64,000 bases of DNA from contig BDGG01000013.1 of the NCBI GenBank assembly GCA_001949185.1, positions 817,226 through 881,225 of the forward strand, given 5' to 3'. The position numbers and the translations under genes are program-made. This DNA comes from Ramazzottius varieornatus (Eukaryota > Animalia > Tardigrada). Below, piece after piece: positions 57,941 to 64,000 of this stretch. The notes beneath the pieces are model-generated. The model saw only the letters and a program-made list of their open reading frames with translations, was not told where the DNA came from and did not search any database. Position 1 is the stretch's first letter, and the number at the start of each line of letters is the position of its first letter.

Positions 57941-59991
57941 AATATTCTGAATATACCGTAGCACCTTTTATTCAAAACGTATGCAAAACGTTTGCTTGGC
58001 GTTCAGTTTTTTAGCATCGGTTAGGTTGTTTTGTAGGTTCTGCCGGCAGTAGAGGGAATGGGCCTTACCAATCCGAAAACCCCACAATGGCTTAGGGTGG
58101 AGCGTATGCGACCTCTGTGAGCACCAGTATCCTTGCTCTTCGAGGATCTAAGTATCGACGGGGGACGAACAAATTTTGCAAGGCTTGGTTTCGACAGAAG
58201 TGTACCGCACCGGCTTCTCAGAATTATCAAGGCTTGTCTTCCTACGAGCAATCAGTGCACTGTAGCGGCTTTAATTATTAGGTCTTTTGATATGACTTTG
58301 CGCCTTTTTGAAACATAGGGCACGCTACATTCTTCTAAACTATCCCGTCAAAGACCCGATCGCGCTTTCGATTAATTTCCAGAAACGGTTTTGGTTAGTC
58401 CTGCTTTTTGAAAATTTTGACTCACTTCGGATCCAAAAATGCCGCGGCCCGACTCAACGAGTAAAAGTTATACAAGTAACGAGCTAAGAGCTCAATGACA
58501 GAACTATGGAATAGCCGTTCTGATCTAGTTGGAGAAGCACTGGCTGAGAAGATAGCCAGGTGGAAATTTGTCCCGTCAAGAGCTACAAATTGATGACACA
58601 GAAGACTGTGTCCTGTATTCCTGGACAGAGCGAAAATCTTGAAATCTCGAAATGTCACGGACGATACCTTGGTACATCATCAGGAATCACCCTTATTTGT
58701 TTCTATCGATCAAGTAAGGAGAAACAGCCACAACGTTGCTATCCCAGTAAACTGGCGCACACAGAAAAGCGCGACGTCCCGACTCCCACCCTGTAAACTC
58801 TCTTTTTGCGAAATCAGCATTCGTTCCTTTCGAAGTTTATCGCCCCTGGTTTGTACCCCAAGCCATGTTGTATAACACAGAGACCTGTTTCTGCGAAAGG
58901 AGTAAATGGTTTTGTGGCGAAAAATGGCGAAAAATTGCGAACAAGACCCTCGCCAAAACTGGGCGCTGCTCCTTTCCCTCATTTTTCCATCAACATGATC
59001 ATCTTGTCGTCAATCAACATCGTAATCAACGTCGCGTTACGTCATCGAGGCACACTGCAACGGTAGCAGACTCTCCTCTATCCATTAGTCATAGTGCCCA
59101 GAGAATCGGCACGGCCGGGCTGGCGGAAATCCCTTGTAGGGTTAGAGCGGCTCTGGCAAGAGTGAGTCACGTACTCAGAGGGTTCGTGGAGGAGGTCCTC
59201 TTCCTTTTCGAAGGAACGGAAATGAAAAGGCTAGAAGGGTATTGCTATTATGTAAGTGACCATGTTTGGAGGACGTCATGGTTTGTTTGTCATCGCTTGC
59301 ACTGGCCACATTATGACAGAGCATCTGCCGGTGGGAACCTGAAGTTCAAGGTCAAAGTCAATTCCTAAGTTCTAGGCAGTTCTACTTGTTCGATACGAGG
59401 GGCAAGACCTTACTTTGCTCAGCTTACAACTTTGCTTACCCTACCTCCCGAGTTGTGTGCAGGCCTCTTAGGCTCTGTAACGTAGGCGTGACGTAGATGG
59501 GCAAAGTTGTACGCTGAACAAAGTAAGACTTTGCTCCTTGTACCTCATTTTAGTCATCCACAGGATGAGGTACACGCCCATATATGGTCGTATATAAGAC
59601 AGGCTGAAGCTCCTGCGGCAACGAACGAGCATCACGGAATGGTGGAAGGACTGCTAGCAACTCAACTCAGAACTCTGTATTTGAAGGAACCGTTCGCCAA
59701 GAAACTGCACGGTAATCTAATCGGTCGCTCAATTTGTTTATCTTGTTTCGCTTGCTCGTGAGACCTATCGACAGCGAAATGCTGACACATCGCATAATCG
59801 ATCACCTATCTGTCTGCAACGTCGTGGGGAAGTTACACCATCCAACAGTCCGCCTCTTACATAAGCAGGCCGGAAACTTTCTGGATTGCATCTCAATGGC
59901 CCAACCGGTATTCCAGACGACTCCGTTACGTTCCTCCATCACGCTGCTATCAGAGGTGCCATCGGTGGCGACCAGACTCCGTTGTTGAAAG

Positions 59992-62473
59992 ATGTTGTTG
60001 TGGATCATCGTCCTGCTTGCCGGACTTTTCGGTTATTTCATCTAGTAAGACTGACACCACCTTGACTGTAACGATATATGAGTACGACACGGTTTAACAT
60101 CACATACTCGTTCATTTTGTGCATCGTTTTCAGTCAGGCAAAAGAGCAATATGCATACTGGCAAAAACGAGGAGTGTCTGGGCCTCGTCCAGTCCCCGTT
60201 TTCGGACACTTATTGGAAATGAGCAAAGTAAGTTCGTATACCTGTGGTGAACTGTGCCCATCTTTTGCTTGATACGGGTTTCGTCCTGTTTGCTGACAGC
60301 TGGGTATGGGTAAGTTCGACATGAGCCTCACAAAGAAGTTTGGACGCATATCCGGATACTACGACACTGCACCGCTGCTCATGGTATCCGACCCGGAAAT
60401 GCTCAAGAGTGTCATGGTCAAGGACTTTTCCGTCTTCCCCAATCGCCGTGTAAGTAAGCCAGCCATACTGTAACTCACGCGGTCGCGGAAGAGGTGGGGT
60501 TGATGTGAAAGCCCACCATCAACGTTTCTAGATTGACTAAAGCTTCCCTCCGTTTTAGGATTTCGGTCTCAATGGTCCCATACTGGAGTTGAGCGTTAGC
60601 GTAATTCGAGATCAGCACTGGAAGGTAATACAATCTGTGCATAGTGCTTGCAGCACTTGGCCAACATTTCATATTTCCACAGCACGTGCGGAATGTGTTG
60701 GTGCCGGCATTCAGTTCGGGGAAAATGAGACAGGTTGGCATCATATTTTGATTATGCGTTAAGCGAAGATACTTGACCGAGAACATCATTCGCCGTTTCA
60801 ATTACTATGTAGATGGAACCGCTCATCGCTGATTGCTGCAAAACCATGGGCGTTTACCTGGATAAGGTGGCGCAAAGCGGAGAAGACCTCGACATCAAAC
60901 AGTACGTACGCATATCCACGCCAGATTTCTTATTACCACGAAACATGCATTACTATATTATGCGTAAATGATACTCCTTCACACAGATATTTCAAGCGAA
61001 TAACCATGGACGTGATTTCATCGTCGTTCTTCGGAACCAAAACTGACTCGCAGAGTAACCCGGACAGTCCGTTCGTCCAGAACGCAATGAAGGTTTTCGA
61101 CGTAGGCTTCTTCACTCCCGCGTTTCTCGTAGCGTGTAAGTCTTGAGCTTTCGAGCGACAAAAAGACAAACCCTATCAGCTGGTGATCAGCCCAAATTGG
61201 AACGGATGTGGAATTTCAGTTCTTGCCCCAAAGCTTACTCCTTATGCCAAGAAACTGGGGATGCAGCTGAATCCTAAAGCGCCGTTGGACTATCTTGTGT
61301 CGACCATGCGAGAAATTTTGAACTTGCGAAAGAAGTCAGGCGAGGTGGGTACACAAATGAACTGTGCCCCTAACCCGGCACAGAACTGCGATATGCTTGC
61401 TGTTCACAGGTTCGTCGGGACTTCTTGCAAATGATGGTCAAGGCAATGAGCGAAAACGATAGCAGTAAGCGATCTGCAGTGGCTCCGAAAGAGTATGAGG
61501 AAGAGGGACCAGATGTTCTATCGGATACCCTCTCTGTCGAACCTTCGACTCAGCCGCAAACCACACATCAGGGACATCACGTCAGCCGAGCTCTCACAAC
61601 TGAGGTAAGACCATCCTACTCTTTTCCGCGTCCGATCGCAAAACCCACACCCAGTCTGTCATCGCCAATTTTGTTCCGCAGGAGGTCATGGCCCAGTCAA
61701 TGATTTTCTTGCTGGCCGGGTTTGAGGTACGTATTTTCGGCGAGCATTTGAGCCAGGTCAACCGTGCAACTCTGCGTCTATGTGCCAGACTACGGCGAAC
61801 ACTCTGACTTTCCTGAGCTACCTATTGACCGCGAACCCGGAAATCCAAGAAAAGCTACGCAAGGAGATCCAGCATCGTATTGGCAGAGATGTCCAGCCAA
61901 CCTACGATCTCGTCGCCCAGATTCCTTACCTGGATCAGTGCATCAACGAGACCCTGCGACTGTATCCTCCGGCCACTCGAACAGAGCGCGAATGTAGCCA
62001 AGAATGGACCTGGAAGAATTTGACCATTGAGAAAGGTACCACCATTGGCATCCCCATCTACGCTCTGCACCACGACCCCGAGTTCTGGCAAGACCCGGAG
62101 ACTTTCGATCCCGACAGGTTCTCCGAAGAGAACAAGCACAAAATTATACCTTTTACGTTCCTGCCTTTCGGCCAAGGACCACGCAACTGTGTGGGCATGA
62201 GGTTAGTGTTGTTCTAGGGGATCTTTGTCTTGATCGACGGATGGGGTTTGTCCTTTCCAGATTTGCCATTTACGAGATCAAGATGGTAATCGCGAGCCTT
62301 CTCCAGCGATATAGGCTCATCCCGTCCTCGCGCACGGTAGGTCGCGTTGCAACACAAGGTATGATCCGTTCATGGGATCATATTCTTTGTTGTAGACTCC
62401 ACCAATTGTCCAAGATCTGGGCCTCATCACGCCAAAGAACCCTTTGTGGATCAAACTGGAGAAACTCGATTAG
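59992..62473 (+). CDS. Cytochrome P450, CYP3 clan (CYP3A-like), multi-exon
   Basis: Membrane anchor MLLWIIVLLAGLFGYFI, GPRPVPVFG, KDFSVFPNRR and WKHVR..LVPAFSSGKM. I-helix AGFETT, K-helix ETLR, FDPDRF and heme motif FGQGPRNCVG. Stop at 62471-62473. Confidence 0.93.
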
Positions 62474-64000
62474 CTTTGAGCAACCTAAAAAAGCGACTTT
62501 CTATTGCTGAAATGTAATGACATACTGAGCAAAATTGTATCCCAATGTTATTTAACATTGCGCAAAAGCTGCAGAAACGGGGTTTTTAAGAAGTAAGAGC
62601 AGAAACCTACAGCATTACGAATTTCAGGAGTCGCCCATGTTAAAAAACTGCAGATGCCCGATAGTCCAGGCGCTGAACTGCTGTGAGGAACTTAATCAGC
62701 TTTCCTGCCACTGCCAAAAATGGCTGCACCATTCACGGTAAAGGGGTATTTCTGCAACTACGTTTTAATTGGCGATCGACGCTTCCGGTCGCGCGCCAAC
62801 ATCGGAGAAAAACAGCAATAAAACGTCAGAAAAGTAGAATTATCATAAAAAACCCACAGATCTAACAATACCTTCACAATATACCGAAACAACTATCAGT
62901 AACATTTCAGACAGCAACAGCAGCAGCTAACGCCTTTGCCTTTCGCTTCTTGCGCAGGCCGGAACTATGGTTGGCGATACTCTTGTTGATTTGGGCTTCT
63001 TTCGGGATGGGAATCTTTTTCCCCTCACAGAACATAGGGACCATTTCTCAAAAGGAACAGATTATTGGTGCTTGTCAATTAAAATGAGCTGAATAATAAT
63101 TTGATGGAATAGTGGTCTTTATTTCACTTAGAAATATCAGTTAGTCGAAACATATGCGTATGTATTTATTATAGCTAACAGCTAATTGCCTTAGAAAGTC
63201 TTACCATCACCAGCTACTCTAATGCATTCCATGGCATATTCTCGTCGACTTTAGCGTTGAGAGCCTCCTTTTCTCCGCAAAAGTTGTGTTCACCGCCTAT
63301 CCTAGTGAAAACCTCAGGGAAGAAGGCCTGTTGTTCCATTTGACGGTGCATATCGATCCAACCGTTTGCTCAAGCTCGTCATCCACGGGAACGTACCACG
63401 CAGCGTTTGCTACTTGAACCTTTGGAGGATGCTATGTGGAGATAAATTATCAGAGCAGGCGCTGGCTTGTCCATTCTTTTGTAGGGAAACTTAAGGAAGA
63501 AAGCTAGAGAAGAATGGGAAGATCAAGAGCGAAAGGAATAGCAACACGAACGAGCTCCAACTGACGACACTAAAATGCAGTAACTGCAAAACGCTCAGTG
63601 CCAGGACCGTTTATATTGACCAGGGTGCATGATCTTATCATGGTACTAGCTGCTGCTTAGCGAATCTCATCCAACGTTGATCTTCCTAGTTCTTACCCAA
63701 GAACGACTCAACAGAGGCTCGCTTTTATACGCACATGTTTTTACTGCGTTTCCGTTTTGGGCTGCAGATGTCACACTGCGACGTCATCGCATTACTTTAT
63801 GATTATTAGACACCAAGTTCGGTTCCGATCACGGAAAAATGGGATCCTTAAGAAGAACGTAGGTAGTATTGATGTGTATCGACGTGACTTACTCATATCG
63901 CTACACAGCAGACACTTAAAATTTCGTTCATGATCGGTTTCGTAAAAAGGATTTACCGTGTATTAATTACCTCATTGTTTATCAACTGTGCTGCACACCA

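Noticed and set aside
63200-63730. Possible minus-strand gene or pseudogene after a TATA-like motif near 63725
   Set aside because: All frames are interrupted by stops and no family is recognisable.

Overview
Eukaryotic (animal) genomic DNA, gene-dense with many short GT-AG introns. The compact introns, divergent rhodopsin-like GPCRs, a gustatory receptor and a zinc-less astacin-like gene suggest an invertebrate, possibly a tardigrade (inference only). Apparently intact genes: a long ABCC/MRP transporter (+), a CRF/DH44-receptor-like class B GPCR (-), a class A GPCR (+), an S9 peptidase (+), Cdc25 (-), a secreted pseudo-astacin with a Thr/Gly/Met tail (+), a GH3-domain protein (-), an effector caspase (+), a DHX33-like helicase (-) and a CYP3-clan P450 (+). 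Disrupted genes: two paralogous GPCR pseudogenes, a gustatory receptor with an in-frame UGA, a CYP relic from a local duplication, and a tandem pair of small secreted thyroglobulin type-1-like genes hidden by a homopolymer frameshift. Non-coding DNA carries several MITE-like families (TA, TAA and 8-bp TSD types). The most striking is a modular GTGGCGCAC...GTGCGCCAC hairpin repeat at 11 loci, 10 of them in introns. Exon models were read by eye from splice signals and protein motifs, so internal boundaries are approximate.
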